A stretch of DNA of 64,000 bases. Origin: Octopus bimaculoides (lineage: Eukaryota). The stretch lies in NCBI RefSeq assembly GCF_001194135.2, contig NC_068987.1, forward strand, positions 53,338,205 to 53,402,204, read 5' to 3'. The notes beneath the pieces were generated by a model that saw only the letters and a program-made list of their open reading frames with translations, was not told the DNA's origin and did no database searches. Below, in pieces: positions 51,430 through 64,000 of the stretch. A program made the position numbers and the translations under genes. Within the stretch, counting starts at the first letter, position 1. Each line of letters begins with the position of its first letter.

Positions 51430-53700
51430 GTTGAAGATTTCATCATCAAGGACAGCGCTCAAATTCTCTTCAGTACCAAGATATGTAAATGGCTTCACGC
51501 AATTTAGGCTTTTCTGATCAACCTGCATAGGGATGTCGGGAAAATTGCGAACCGGTGGCCTCTCCTTGACACCTTGGATGTGTTTAGGAGTAGGGCAAGG
51601 TTGTTGGATTACTCCAGTCTTCTTCATGCTGATAGCCGAACAAGAGGTTTTACATGCAGCAGAAAACCGGTTTAGAAGTTCCTGAGCTTCCTCTAAAGAG
51701 GTCGCCACTAGTGCCGCATCATCTGCAAAAGTTAGATCACGAATGATACTAGTGCGCAGCAGTGTTCTGGCTTTGAAACGCTGATAATGGAATAGTCCAC
51801 CGTTTGTTCGAAAATGGAACGTGACACTACTTTGTATGTCGCCACAACCATGCCACAGTATCACAGAAAAGAAGAGTGGAAACAAAACAGGAGCCATAAC
51901 ACGACCCTGCTTTTGTGCCGTTTATACCATCAAAGGAAGCCGAAGATTCCCCAGCGGACACGACAGCAGCCTCCATGTCCTCATGAAAGGAGACGATAAC
52001 ATTCAACATCTTGTCAGGAATATCAAGCTTCTTCAGAACTTTCCATAGTGCTTGCTGGTTAGCATTGTCGAATGCCTTGGCAAGGTCAACGAATATCAAG
52101 AACTCTTGATTTTTCTCACGTACCGTCTCCAAGACTTATCGGAGGGAAAATATCATATCGACAGTGCCACGACGAGACCGAAATCCGCACTGTGATTCTG
52201 AATAGATATCATTTACAACGTGTTTGATATATCCTATGAAGAATGAGTCGAGCAAGCATCTTACCAGCAATAGACAGAAGTGATATTCCTCAAAAATTAT
52301 CACAGACACTTTTTGTTGCCTTTGTTCTTATACAGACGTTGAATTGAGGAATTTTTGACGCCCTATGCTGCACGACCTACCTTCCCTATGTTTATGAAGA
52401 GGTCATGTAGTTTCCTAAAAAAAGCTTCTGTCCGTCATGTTTGTACGTTTCAGGAAAGATAGCATCCCTACTAGGTGCTTTACCAGAAGAGATCGGTTTA
52501 ATAGTTTACCACTTCCAGAAAGGTTGGCTCCAGAGTCAGTTCCAGTATTACAATGTATTGTGTAACAGTTGTTGTGATGTCGTCACTAGTGACTGAGGTG
52601 GAGTTCAGCATGGCTTCAAAGTGATCTTTCCATCATTTCAGGATGTCAGATTTGTCAATCAGGAGTTTCTTTCTATTCGATGAAAAAATAAGAGTAACAC
52701 GTGCTATTGAGGACCATAGACTTTCGTAAAGCCATCACAAAAGGCCTTAGAATCCTTTCTGTCTGCAGCTTCTTAGAGATCAGTAGCCTTGAAAGACCAC
52801 CAAGCCTCCTTCGTCTGTCTCAGAGCATGTTGGATCTGATCTCTGCATTTCTTGTAGGCATTTTCTTTTCTGGATGTGCTCTTATCCATTATCCAATGTT
52901 TGTGAGTGCTGTGCATTTTATCTATCAATTGTTGGTCATCTGTGTCGCTATCATTGAACCAATCTTGATGTTTACGAACAGGAAGTCCGAGAACCTCTCC
53001 AGGAAAAGAGTGCGTTGCATTACGCAGAGCCTTCCAAGAATCCTAGGTCATCATTGATATACACTGTGTTGAGTGCAGAGTCCAACATGATAGAGAGCTC
53101 AGCCTGCTTTTCAACAGTTTTCAAAGGCAGAGAATTAATACGCTTAGGCACTGATGGCTTTTGTAGTCTTGTGTGTTTCAGATGGAACGTAGCCACGCTA
53201 CGGAGAAGAACATGGTTAGATAGATAGCAGGTGTTATGAAAGGAACGTGTAATGTTAAAGTCCCTAATATCTCGTTCCTTAGTGATATCATAGTCTATAA
53301 GATTCCAATCCTTAGATCTAGAATGCATCCAGGTCGTCTTACAACAAGTTTGCTATTGACAAAAAGATATGTGTGATGCTTAGACTGGATTCCTTGCAGA
53401 TGGAGAGCACACGCGGACCACTGTAATTCATTCGACCTAGACCATGGCGACCAATTACACAATCCCATGCTTGATAGTCAGTTCTACCACGAGCGTTAAA
53501 GTCGCCCATAAGGAGTTGGTCGTAAAATTTATCCTACTCAGTGCTGACCATGTTTGGAGCATATCAAGTGACAAGCATAGCACGAGAGATATGATCAAGA
53601 TCCAACGTTAGTGTCATGATGCGAACAAAAATACGATTGGGTAGAGGAAGAAGGGCTCTAGCTATTTGTGTTTTGATCACAAAACCAACACCTAAGTGGA
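51430..53700 (-). mobile_element. RTE-clade (BovB-like) LINE body: APE endonuclease plus RT, decayed
   Basis: GVGFVIK..YAP..LLMGDFNAR (APE); FVDLAKAFD; QGRVMAPVLFPLFF; FRTNGGLF..FKART..IRDLTFADDAAL..FSAAC..ISMKKT (RT). Many frameshifts. Confidence 0.9.
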
Positions 53701-53843
53701 GTGGCTCGTCTTCTTTCAGTTTCCGTCTACCAAATCCACTCACAAGGCTTTGGTCAGCCCAAGGCATAGTAGAAGGTACAATGCAGTGGAACTGGACCCG
53801 GGGCATGTGGCTGGTAAGCAAGCTACTTACCACACTGGCACTC
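53700..53843 (-). mobile_element. SINE family B, 5' head
   Basis: GTGTGGTAAGTAGCTTGCTTACCAGCCACATG..GACCAAAGCCTTGTGAGTGGATTTGGTAGACGGAAACTGAAAGAAG matches 59614-59762. Confidence 0.85.
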
Positions 53844-53869
53844 CTGTGTATATATCTATATATATTAAC

Positions 53870-56455
53870 ATCATCATCATCATCATCATCATCGTTTAAG
53901 GTCCGCTTTCCATGCTAGCATGTGTTGGACGATTTGACTGAGGACTGGTGAACCAGATGGCTGCACCAGGATCCAATCTGATCTGGCAGAGTTTCTACAG
54001 CTGGATGCCCTTCCTAACGCCAACCACTCCGAGAGTGTAGTGGGTGCTTTTACGTGCCACAGGCACGAGGGTCAGTCAGGCGGTACTGGTAACGGCCACG
54101 CTCAAAATGGTGTTCATTACGTGCCACCAACACAGGAGCTAGTCCAGTGGCACTGGCAACGATCTCGCTCGAATGTGCCAGTAAGCCAACGCTAGTAATG
54201 ATCACGCTCAAATGGTACTATATACGATCACGCTCGGACGGTGCTGTTAGTGCTCCACTGGCACAATTGCAAGTCATCGAATATGGTCCAATTACGATTT
54301 CGAATTCGATTTCACTTGCCCCAACAGGTTTTCGCAAGCAGAATTCGGTGTCCAATGAAGGAGAGGCTGGCATGAGTGCCAGTCATCGAATTTGGTTCGA
54401 TTTCGATTTCACATATGCCTCAACAAGTTTTCGCAAGCAGAGTTTAGTGCCCAATGAAGTAAAGATACGAATAAGTAAGCTGGCTACACTCCTTGCAGAG
54501 GCCACGGGTTATGGTCTCACTTGGCTTGCCAGGTCTTCTCACGCACTGCATCTCGGTGAGGCCTCATGTTCGAAGGTCGTGCTTCACTACCTCATCCCAG
54601 GTCTTCCTGGGTCTACCTCTTCCACAGGCTCCCTCATTCGCTAGGTTGTGGCACTTTTTCACATTGCTATCCTCATCCATTCTTGCCACATGACCATACC
54701 AGCGCAATTATCTCTCTTTCACACTACAACTGATGCTTCTTAGGTCCAACTTTTCTCTCAAGGTACTCACACTCTGTCAAGCATGCACACTGACATTACA
54801 GATCCATCGGAGCATACTGGATTCGTTTCGTGCGAGCTTACGCATGTCCTTGTTTCTCTGCCATATACCATGGCTGTTCGTACACATGCGTCATACAGTC
54901 TGCCTTTTACTCTGAGCAAGAGGCCCTTTGTCGCCAGCAGAGGTAGAACTCTCTGAACTTTGCCCAGGCTATTCTTATTCTAGCAGCTACACTTTCAGCG
55001 CACCCTCCTCCTCTACTAACTTGGTCACCTAGATAGCGGAAGCTATGAACCACTTCTAGTCTTTCTCCCTGTAATGTGGCAAAGGTTGTTTTCTGCACAT
55101 TTTCAATGTTTATTGCTCCTGAGCATCTGCCACATACAAAAACTATCTTACTTCTTAGCTTTCCTTTAATATTTCTGCACCTCTTATGTGTCCATAGCTT
55201 ACACTGGGTACATATTATGGAGTTTCTACCTACGTCTTTTCTACAGATCGAGCAAGGTCATGTACCTGAAAGGGTTTGTGTTTTATCTACCTTCCTACTT
55301 ATTAGGGCTTTGGTGTAGCTAGGTTGACTCTAAGGCCCTTCAATTCTAGTCCTTGCTTCCACACCTGAAACTTCTTTTCTAGTTCTGATAGTGACTCAGC
55401 AATTAGGGCAAGGTCATCAGCATAGAGGAGCTCTCAGGGGCATCCTGTCTTGGATTCTTGTGTTATTGCCTGGAGGACTATGATAAATAGGAGGGGGAGG
55501 ACTGAACCTTGGTGGACCTCTACCTTTACCCGGAATTCTTCACTGTACTCGTTGCCAACCATCACCTTACTGACAGCATCCCTGTACATGGCTCGCACAG
55601 CTCTCACTAACCATTCTTCTATCCCAAATTTCCTCATTGACCACCAGATAAGGAATCCGGGCACCCTGTCAAAGGCTTTCTCCATGTCAACGAAAGCCAG
55701 GTACAGAGGTTTATCTTTGGCTAGGTATTTCTCCTGCAGCTGTCTTACCAGAAATATAGCATCAGTGGTACTTTCCCCTGGCACGAACCCAAACTGCATC
55801 TCATCTAAACTGACTCTCTCCCTAACTAGTTGGGCTATGACCCTCTCCGTGACTTTCATTACCTGATCCAACAACTTGATACCTCCGTAATTATTTCTAT
55901 CTATGGCATCACCTTTACCTTTGTAGCAATTGACTATGGTGCTGCTACACCAGTCATTGGGTATGACTCCTTCGTGTATCACCTGGTTAACTATACGGGT
56001 CACTAGGCTATAGCCGACACTGCCAGATATTTTGATCATCTCTGCAGTGATTCATGATGGGCCCGGAGCTTTCTCTGTCTTCATACTCTTAATTGCTTTA
56101 TCTACCATGGTACTATCAACTCGGATAGCAGGTCCCTCTTTTGGGTCGACTTCGGCAGACTCTCTTTCTCCCATCCATTCTCTTTATTGAACAAACTTGC
56201 ATAGTGACGTCTCCAAACCTCTCTCTTTGCAGCCACACTTAGTGCAAGTGAACCATCATCCATGCGGACACATTTCTCTCCTACGACATCACGATTCTCT
56301 CTCACGCACTGTCTTGCAACACGAAATACCTCAAGTCTTTGGTCCTCACGGTGCAGAACATTGGCAAAGTTTTTCTTATCTGCTTCCCCTCTGGCTAAAC
56401 AAACCTGTCTCCTAGGTTCCCTTCTGGCAGTCTGATACAGTTCACTGCTACCACC
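53870..56455 (-). mobile_element. 5'-truncated RTE-clade LINE (RT with inserted PHD finger, 3' UTR, (GAT)n tail)
   Basis: QFGFVPGESTTDAIFLVRQLQEKY..FVDMEKAFDRVP; HQGSVLPLLF; LLYADD (55413-55424); YLGD (55027-55035); 3' UTR GGCGTTAGGAAGGGCATCCAGCTG; (GAT)n tail at 53869-53893. Confidence 0.92.
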
Positions 56456-56489
56456 ATATATATATATATATATATATATACATACATAA

Positions 56490-56544
<55 letters not shown>

Positions 56545-56547
56545 AAA

Positions 56548-56588
56548 GGAGCATTCAGTCGGTTGCGACGACGAGGGTCCCAGCTGAT
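56548..56588 (-). mobile_element. SINE family A tail, cut by N-gap
   Basis: Reverse complement of GTTCCGTTGATCG..GGGACCCTCGTCGTCGCAACCGAC. Confidence 0.7.
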
Positions 56589-57702
56589 ACGATCAACGGA
56601 ACAGACTCNNNNNNNNNNNNNNNNNNNNNNNNNNNNNNNNNNNNNNNNNNNNNNNNNNNNNNNNNNNNNNNNNNNNNNNNNNNNNNNNNNNNNNNNNNNN
56701 NNNNNNNNNNNNNNNNNNNNNNNNNNNNNNNNNNNNNNNNNNNNNNNNNNNNNNNNNNNNNNNNNNNNNNNNNNNNNNNNNNNNNNNNNNNNNNNNNNNN
56801 NNNNNNNNNNNNNNNNNNNNNNNNNNNNNNNNNNNNNNNNNNNNNNNNNNNNNNNNNNNNNNNNNNNNNNNNNNNNNNNNNNNNNNNNNNNNNNNNNNNN
56901 NNNNNNNNNNNNNNNNNNNNNNNNNNNNNNNNNNNNNNNNNNNNNNNNNNNNNNNNNNNNNNNNNNNNNNNNNNNNNNNNNNNNNNNNNNNNNNNNNNNN
57001 NNNNNNNNNNNNNNNNNNNNNNNNNNNNNNNNNNNNNNNNNNNNNNNNNNNNNNNNNNNNNNNNNNNNNNNNNNNNNNNNNNNNNNNNNNNNNNNNNNNN
57101 NNNNNNNNNNNNNNNNNNNNNNNNNNNNNNNNNNNNNNNNNNNNNNNNNNNNNNNNNNNNNNNNNNNNNNNNNNNNNNNNNNNNNNNNNNNNNNNNNNNN
57201 NNNNNNNNNNNNNNNNNNNNNNNNNNNNNNNNNNNNNNNNNNNNNNNNNNNNNNNNNNNNNNNNNNNNNNNNNNNNNNNNNNNNNNNNNNNNNNNNNNNN
57301 NNNNNNNNNNNNNNNNNNNNNNNNNNNNNNNNNTATATATAGTGAGTGTGCGTGTGTGTATTTGCATTTATATATAGCTCTACATTTACTTTTTTATGGA
57401 CTATTTGTCCATTTACAGTACAGGTGAGTGTGTGTTTACTGTCGGTGTACTGTTACCTCCATCTCTCCATAATCACATTACATATTGTACGCCATCTTCG
57501 ACCTAAATTATAGTGTTCGTCTAATGAACTAGAATAAATACAGCTATTGTGCAATCTAGCAAACGAACAGCGCAGCAAATAATCATCACTGCTCATTAAC
57601 CTGAATAAATGCTATGCATATACACTCACTGATGCAGCTCAATGTCCATGGAAGTTCGTTCTCTTATTGGTTTGTAATATTACAACAGTTCTATTTCTAC
57701 CA

Positions 57703-57717
57703 GTGCTGCTGCTGCTG

Positions 57718-57789
<72 letters not shown>

Positions 57790-57861
57790 CTGCTGCTGCT
57801 ACTTCTACTGATAATGCTGGTGCTACCGCCGCCGCTGCTGCCGCTGCTACTACTCCTACGT

Positions 57862-57892
<31 letters not shown>

Positions 57893-57894
57893 TG

Positions 57895-57947
<53 letters not shown>

Positions 57948-58130
57948 TGTAATACTAATATAGAAAAGAAGAAGAAGGAGAAGAAGAAGAAGAAGAAGAA
58001 GAAGAAGAAGAAGAAGAAGAAGAAGAAGAAGAAGAAGAAGAAGAAGAAGAAGAAGAAGAAGAAGAAGAAGAAGAAGAAGAAGAAGAAGAATACAACAACA
58101 GCAACAACTACCTGTTACAATAACGACGAC
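57703..58130. repeat. Compound trinucleotide microsatellite (CTG, CTA, CCG, AAT, AAG, ACA)
   Basis: Consecutive blocks of different triplets, directly visible. Confidence 0.95.
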
Positions 58131-59216
58131 AAGGATGCTGCTATGGAGATTATTGCTGTTATTACAACCATTATGGAGGCTTATAATTATTATTTCTATA
58201 ATTTCTTTGAATCTGAATTCCGTTTCGTTTGTGTTTGTGTTTTACTTTCAGCTCTCATCAATACGTTCGATCATGAAAGGCATTATTGGCGTAAATATTC
58301 CGTATAGTTACCGATATTGTATTTCCCTAATATCATGCACTTTTTTTCATTCAGAAGACTTCTAAAATGTTATACCATATAGAGACGAGTCTATCACTTC
58401 TTACGTTTTGTGGTGGGACTGATATTCCGTGTCTGCATGTGTGTACTCAGTATTGCCGGGTCTATCGTAGAATATTTCTGCACTACGAAGGCAGTAATCA
58501 CTTACAAAAGTAAAATCAATGGGACTTATAGTAGTTTTGTGAATCGGATACAAGCCTAACGAGACTATAGCCACCCTAACAGGGAGAGAGGCCCATTGAA
58601 GAGCGTGTGAGCAACCACGGGTTCAAGAGCATTCGTGCATTTACATTTAGATGACATACTCTAGAGAATTTCACATATTAGATGTAGAAAAATAACCGTT
58701 ATATTCTAGTATTCATGTATTCAATTGTTCTTATTTGGGTGTGATTCTATGTCTTTTAAAAATGCTTGTTTCATGTTTTGATGTATGTGTATATGTATAT
58801 ATTTATAATGAAATTACTTTTGCTTTGCATGTAGAAAGTTCAATCAAGCAGTAGAGGATTACGTGGCGTACAAAGCAAATGGACTTTTTTTTACACAGGG
58901 TTACTTAAATAATTCATGCTTAAAGTCATAACTGTGGGTTCAGTTTCAATATGTGCCTTTAGTTACAGAAAGCGAGTATAGAAAGAGATGCGGTAAAAGA
59001 GCGTTTTATATGGAGATGGTTGATATACTTGTGGATCCTGTAAAGCCACAGAGCGTGATGCAAATTCTGAAGTTCTCTAACATATGTCAAATCTATCATT
59101 TATTAAATGCTGGAGCGAACTTGTTCAGTTTTGGTTACGGATCTGCATTTTGTGTTTCATGAATTGTTTTATTTCAGAAAAAAAGAAAGTGGTGATAATT
59201 CTGTTTGAATTCTATA

Positions 59217-60690
59217 GGATCTGTTCAATTTGACTCACAGATATTTTAGTTAATTGTTTTTAACTAAGCAGTTTGAAATTTCGTATACTGGTGGTATGTC
59301 TCACGCAGAACACGGTTTAATTTGAACATTTTTGACAAATTTGGTATTTTAGAAGATTTTTCGTGTTAAAGTTGTCGTATTTGTTTAATTTCAACTAATC
59401 AACGATGTGTATTCAGTTGATGAAAGCTTCTACCGTTTGCGATAATAATCGAAGAAGAACAAATTCCGGGTCATCACTACTAAATTTCACCACTCTATTT
59501 TATTTTTTGTTTACTGCCTGTGTTGCATATTACACGATTTGTTTTTGTTTTTGGTTCTCTCGCCGGAGGAACCAGTAAATATTGAAGGATCAACATCAAC
59601 AAGGAAGGAATAAGAGTGGCTGTGTGGTAAGTAGCTTGCTTACCAACCACATGGTTCTGGGTTCAGTCCCGCTGCGTAGCATCTTGGGCAAGTGTCTTCT
59701 ACTATAGCCTCAGGCCGACCAAAGCCTTGTGAGTGGATTTGGTAGACGGAAACTGAAAGAAGCTCGTTGTATATATGTATGTGTGTTTGTCCCCCCTAGC
59801 ATTGCTTGACCACCGATGCTGGTGTATTTATGTCCCCGTCACTTAGTGGTTCGGCAAAAGAGACCGATAGAATAAGTACTAGGCTTACAAAGAATAAGTC
59901 CCGGGGTCGATTTGTTCGACTAAAGGTGGTGCTCCAGCATGGCCGCAGTCAAATGACTGAAACAAGTAAAATAGCATATATTTACTCGTTTGCCCGACAT
60001 CGGTGTTTTATCCACACATAAAGCGCATCGGTGTTTAAAAGACCTATAGTTTAACGAGTCCGCAGCTGGCTTTTTTGTTGTTGACGTGTATGTAGTTTCA
60101 AAATACCATATTTTACAACTGTGAGATGTATTGTTATTGTTATGATTTTATCTTACTATAATCAACAACGAACACATTTCGTCAATATAAAAGTCTTTAT
60201 TAGATAAAAGATAACATTATTAAAACATGAAGGTAAAACGAAACAAGTAGCGGCTTATACGCCGTAAAATATGTTAATTGTAGTGGCAGTGACAAGTTTG
60301 CTCACTGGTTTCTAGTTGATAGTGTAGAAGGGAGGGAAAGAATAAGGAATGCATGGTGCTGACTAGAAAAGAAGAAAGAATAAGTGTGGCATCGTCTTCG
60401 CTCGACATACGAATATACAGAGTGGTGATATTTAGCAGAGTTGACCCAGAAGTTGTTCATCTTCGCAAACAGCAGTAGTTTTCATCAACTGAATACACGT
60501 CGTTGATTGGTTGAAATTACCCAAATACAACTTTAACACGAAATAACTTCTAAAATACCAATTTTTGTCAAAAATGTTCGTTCAAGCTATGCCGTGTTCT
60601 GCGTGAAACATTCCACCAGTAAACTAAGTTTCAAACTTATTAGTTTTTAAAAATTAATTTGAAAATTTGTGCACCAAACTGAACAGATCC
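59217..60690. repeat. Pair of diverged about 275-bp inverted repeats (59217-59496 / 60419-60690)
   Basis: Colinear reverse-complement similarity, e.g. CACGCAGAACACGG, TTTTTGACAAA, GTGTATTCAGTTGATGAAA, CACCACTCT; encloses a family B SINE. Confidence 0.8.
59614..59971 (+). mobile_element. tRNA-derived SINE family B, full length
   Basis: Head GAGTGGCTGTGTGGTAAG..GGGTTCAGTCCC, internal TATG microsatellite, ends GACTGAAACAAGTAAAA. Confidence 0.85.
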
Positions 60691-60843
60691 ATTCTATATG
60701 GTGATAATTCTAGAGGATAATAATTCTATTTAAATCGACCTCCATCTATTTATATTTACTTATGTTGCACATAAGTGATTAATACTTTGCATAGGAACGG
60801 AAGTACAGTCAAATAGAATTATAACGATGTATATCCTCCATGC

Positions 60844-61225
60844 GGAGGCGCAATGGCCCGCAGCGGACTCGCGGTCATAGGATCGCGGTTTCGATTCCCG
60901 GACCAGGCGTTGTGAATGTTTATTGAGCGAAAACACCTAAAGCTCCACAAGGCTCCGACAGGGGATGGTGACGAACCCTACTGTATTCTTTCACCACAAC
61001 TTTCTCTCACTCTTACTTCATCTTTCTGTTGTGCCTGTAATTCAAAGGGTCAGCCTTGTCACACTGTGTCACACTGTGTCACATTGAACATCCCCGAGAA
61101 CTACGTTAAGGGTACACGCGTCTGTGGAGTGCTCAGCCACTTGCACGTTAATTTCACGAGCAGGCTGTTCCGTTGATCGGATCAACTGGAACCCTCAACG
61201 TCGTAAGTGACGGAGTGCCAACAAC
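60844..61225 (+). mobile_element. tRNA-derived SINE family A with 13-bp TSD
   Basis: ATATCCTCCATGC at 60831-60843 and 61226-61238; 10-nt deletion in the A box and a 10-nt internal duplication relative to 29655-30030. Confidence 0.92.
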
Positions 61226-62236
61226 ATATCCTCCATGCATTTGTCTTATTTTGTTGAAATATTACAACTTTTGAACACAGATATATATCCGTAACAACAA
61301 GAAAACTCTTTCATACAGAAGTGAGAATCAGCATTTAACAGATGTTATGGCAGATAAGTTAAAGAAAATGATATTCAAAACAAAGTGTACAGTTAGTTCA
61401 TAGAATAATTAAATCTCAGTATTTACTCCTTATTTGTGAGTACCACTCTGTCCGGAAGATAACTAGACCAGATATTCAAACAGTTACTATTCATCAAGTG
61501 TCTACCATCTTCATTAGTGTCTATTGTCATTGCTGAATTTTTATTTTGTATTCAGTTATTTACGTTACATTATATTTGATATTAAACAGCTAATGGCTAT
61601 GCAGTGTGTTACTTCTGCATTTATTTATTTCATTTGGACATTTACAGCATATACAATGTTCAGTAAATTTTGATGAACCGGTTAACAACTCACTACTTGA
61701 GAGAAGATAGCAGTTTATTTTATTTGTGTACATTTAGTTTAATATTTATTTATGTAGTTATTTTGAATCTTTAATAATATAGAAATCCTTCACATCGTTC
61801 ACACATTTCCTGCTAAAGGTCAGAAAACTAATAAGTGTCGTATTCATTTTGTTTATTTGCTTTTTTTTTTTTTGAAGTGAGAGTGAAATTTTGTTTAGCA
61901 AAAAAAAGCACACCTTACAATATATATGAATGTCACATACAATGTGTGTGTGTGTGCACGCACGCGTGTACGATCATAGTCCTGTAACAGCTATCCAGGT
62001 TTCGCAGACTTTTAACTTAAGGGAGCATACATTTTTGCCATTAGTATTCTTAAACATCCATTAAAATTATATCTTCATTTTTTTTGTTCTTTCATGTTAC
62101 ATTTGATCGTTTCATTCTGAACAAGTTATGAACTTCAGAAGTTAATAATTTTGCATAACATCCATCACCTCGTATTATTAATATCAAAGATATTTTTAAT
62201 GCTTTCTATATCCATATACTCATACATATACATGTA

Positions 62237-62288
<52 letters not shown>

Positions 62289-62943
62289 AATGTAAGTGAC
62301 CATAAGAATATAAATGCATATATGCATATATTTAAGGACATATATAGCTGTATTATATATATATTCCCTTATGTTTATCTAAAAATATTCTTCCATTCGC
62401 ATGACTACTTTGGTTTTATATATGCTTAGTTAAATTTACACATACAAATATTCATATAAATGTTTCTTTGAAATCTAAGTGGTTTTGCAGTCGTTCCGTA
62501 GATATTACAACCCATGTACATTTGTGCCTTGATAAAATGTGGTTAAAGAATCTGCTGAAATTTCATATCATTTGGCGTTTGAAGTCGCATTTCAAAGTTA
62601 AAATTCTAATAAATCAACGCCAAATTCATATTACCGTAACTCGTAAATAACAAAAGTGTAGAAGTTGAGAATAATTAAGAGAGAATTTTTTCCGTGAAAT
62701 ATCAACCGCGCAATATACGCAATCTAATCATCAGTACTGACATAATGCTAAATAAATATATGGCATACATTTTATATCTGTGTGTGTCTGTGTGTGTGAG
62801 TTCATAGGCAGATAGATATACATATATATGCATGTATATACATTCATTATATGTTTGTGTGTGTGTGTATGTATAGATATATTTATGCATGTTTGAGGAA
62901 ATCTGTCTATACATGTACGTGCACAAATATCCACACATACATG

Positions 62944-62978
<35 letters not shown>

Positions 62979-63122
62979 CGCACACACACACATAACTAAC
63001 GTATATAAATCATATATAAGTTTAATAAGTGTATATATATTTATGTCTATATATGTATATATGTATTTCTGAGTTCATATAATATATATATGCATATATG
63101 CGTATGTATATATATATATATG

Positions 63123-63160
<38 letters not shown>

Positions 63161-63649
63161 TTCGTGCATGTAAGTTTGCATGTGTGTGTACGTCTGTGTT
63201 TAGATAGGAGTGTGTGTTTCATGTATTCTAAAAGATTTTTGTGTTTTAATGTAATCATTAAATATTTCTAATGCGCCTCACTCGTGATATTTAATTAACT
63301 TGGTAACATCTATGAAGTCACCCGGCTCTGCTTGCAATGTCAATCAACTCCATATACTTTCCTGACAACTTCCAGGGACAAACATATTTTACTTGAATTA
63401 TTTTTATATATAAATCTGTGATGTGCATATATGGCCACGTACCTATTAATATAGGGTCATGAAATTATGATCATAGATAGGATGAATCATGTCGGAAGCA
63501 GCTCTAATCACCAATAAGAAAAAAAATACTAATATGCTGTGCTTCCAGCGCAGTTTGAAATTATAGAATTAATACATATATATATAAATATGTGTAAGTG
63601 TGCGTGTATGTGTGTGTGCATGTATGCCCGTGCCTGTAACACAGTAGCT

Positions 63650-63760
63650 CACAGGTTCATTAGTACGCCATGCAAATTGCTTAGCAGCATTTCCTCCATT
63701 ATGAGTTCAAAATTCCGCAGAGGTTATCTTTGCCTATCGTCTTTCCTGGATCGAACATAT
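63650..63760 (+). mobile_element. Degenerate SINE family C fragment
   Basis: TTAGTACGCC..TGCTTAGCAGCATTTC..TGAGTTCAAAATTCCGCAGAGGTTATCTTTGCCT resembles 46030-46135. Confidence 0.6.
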
Positions 63761-64000
63761 GTAGATGGAAAAAAACATTATATGCAGTCTTCTTTCTGTA
63801 TTTACCTAAATAAAATATAAGGGGTGGCTGAACAATTATATAGCTTTTCGACAGAATGTTCTTGGTTTCGATGCATTCCTTTCAGCTTGCTTATTGCAAG
63901 TCGCTAGAAAAGTATACAGTAATTTGCGAGTAGAATGAGCTTTCATCACTAGCTAGGGATTAACACACGCTGAGGGCGGGTGTATACATATATATATATG

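Noticed and set aside
4538-57377. Long ORF-track entries with poly-X, YI, HT, VC or CMYV runs
   Set aside because: They are translations of N-gaps and (TA)n, (CA)n or (TACA)n microsatellites, not genes.
57667-57963. Poly-Leu/Ile transmembrane-like ORF
   Set aside because: Alternative reading of the CTG/CTA/ATA triplet repeats.

Overview
AT-rich eukaryotic window packed with transposons and microsatellites, with many N-gaps that mostly sit in (TA)n, (CA)n or (TACA)n tracts. The SINE, RTE, Dong/R4, Penelope and Helitron content and TTAGGG repeats look like an Octopus/coleoid cephalopod draft scaffold (inference). No intact protein-coding gene, rRNA, tRNA gene or CRISPR array is visible, and nearly all ORF-track entries are microsatellite or N artefacts, or decayed TE frames. 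Supported content: two Tc1/mariner remnants, a Helitron helicase remnant, two non-autonomous Helitron ends, two Dong/R4-type LINE remnants, two RTE-clade LINE bodies plus three RTE 3' ends, three Penelope GIY-YIG remnants, three tRNA-like SINE families and several MITE/foldback inverted repeats. Most interesting observations: (1) an unclassified multi-hairpin repeat at 609-830 and 35895-36100 whose stems show compensatory base changes, the second copy forming a 370-bp foldback; (2) a candidate hammerhead ribozyme 3' of a Penelope endonuclease; (3) a Helitron-ended element carrying a telomeric array with an inverted junction, tail-to-tail with a second Helitron end; (4) a C4HC3 PHD finger inside an RTE reverse transcriptase; (5) two candidate minus-strand exons of a possible host gene.
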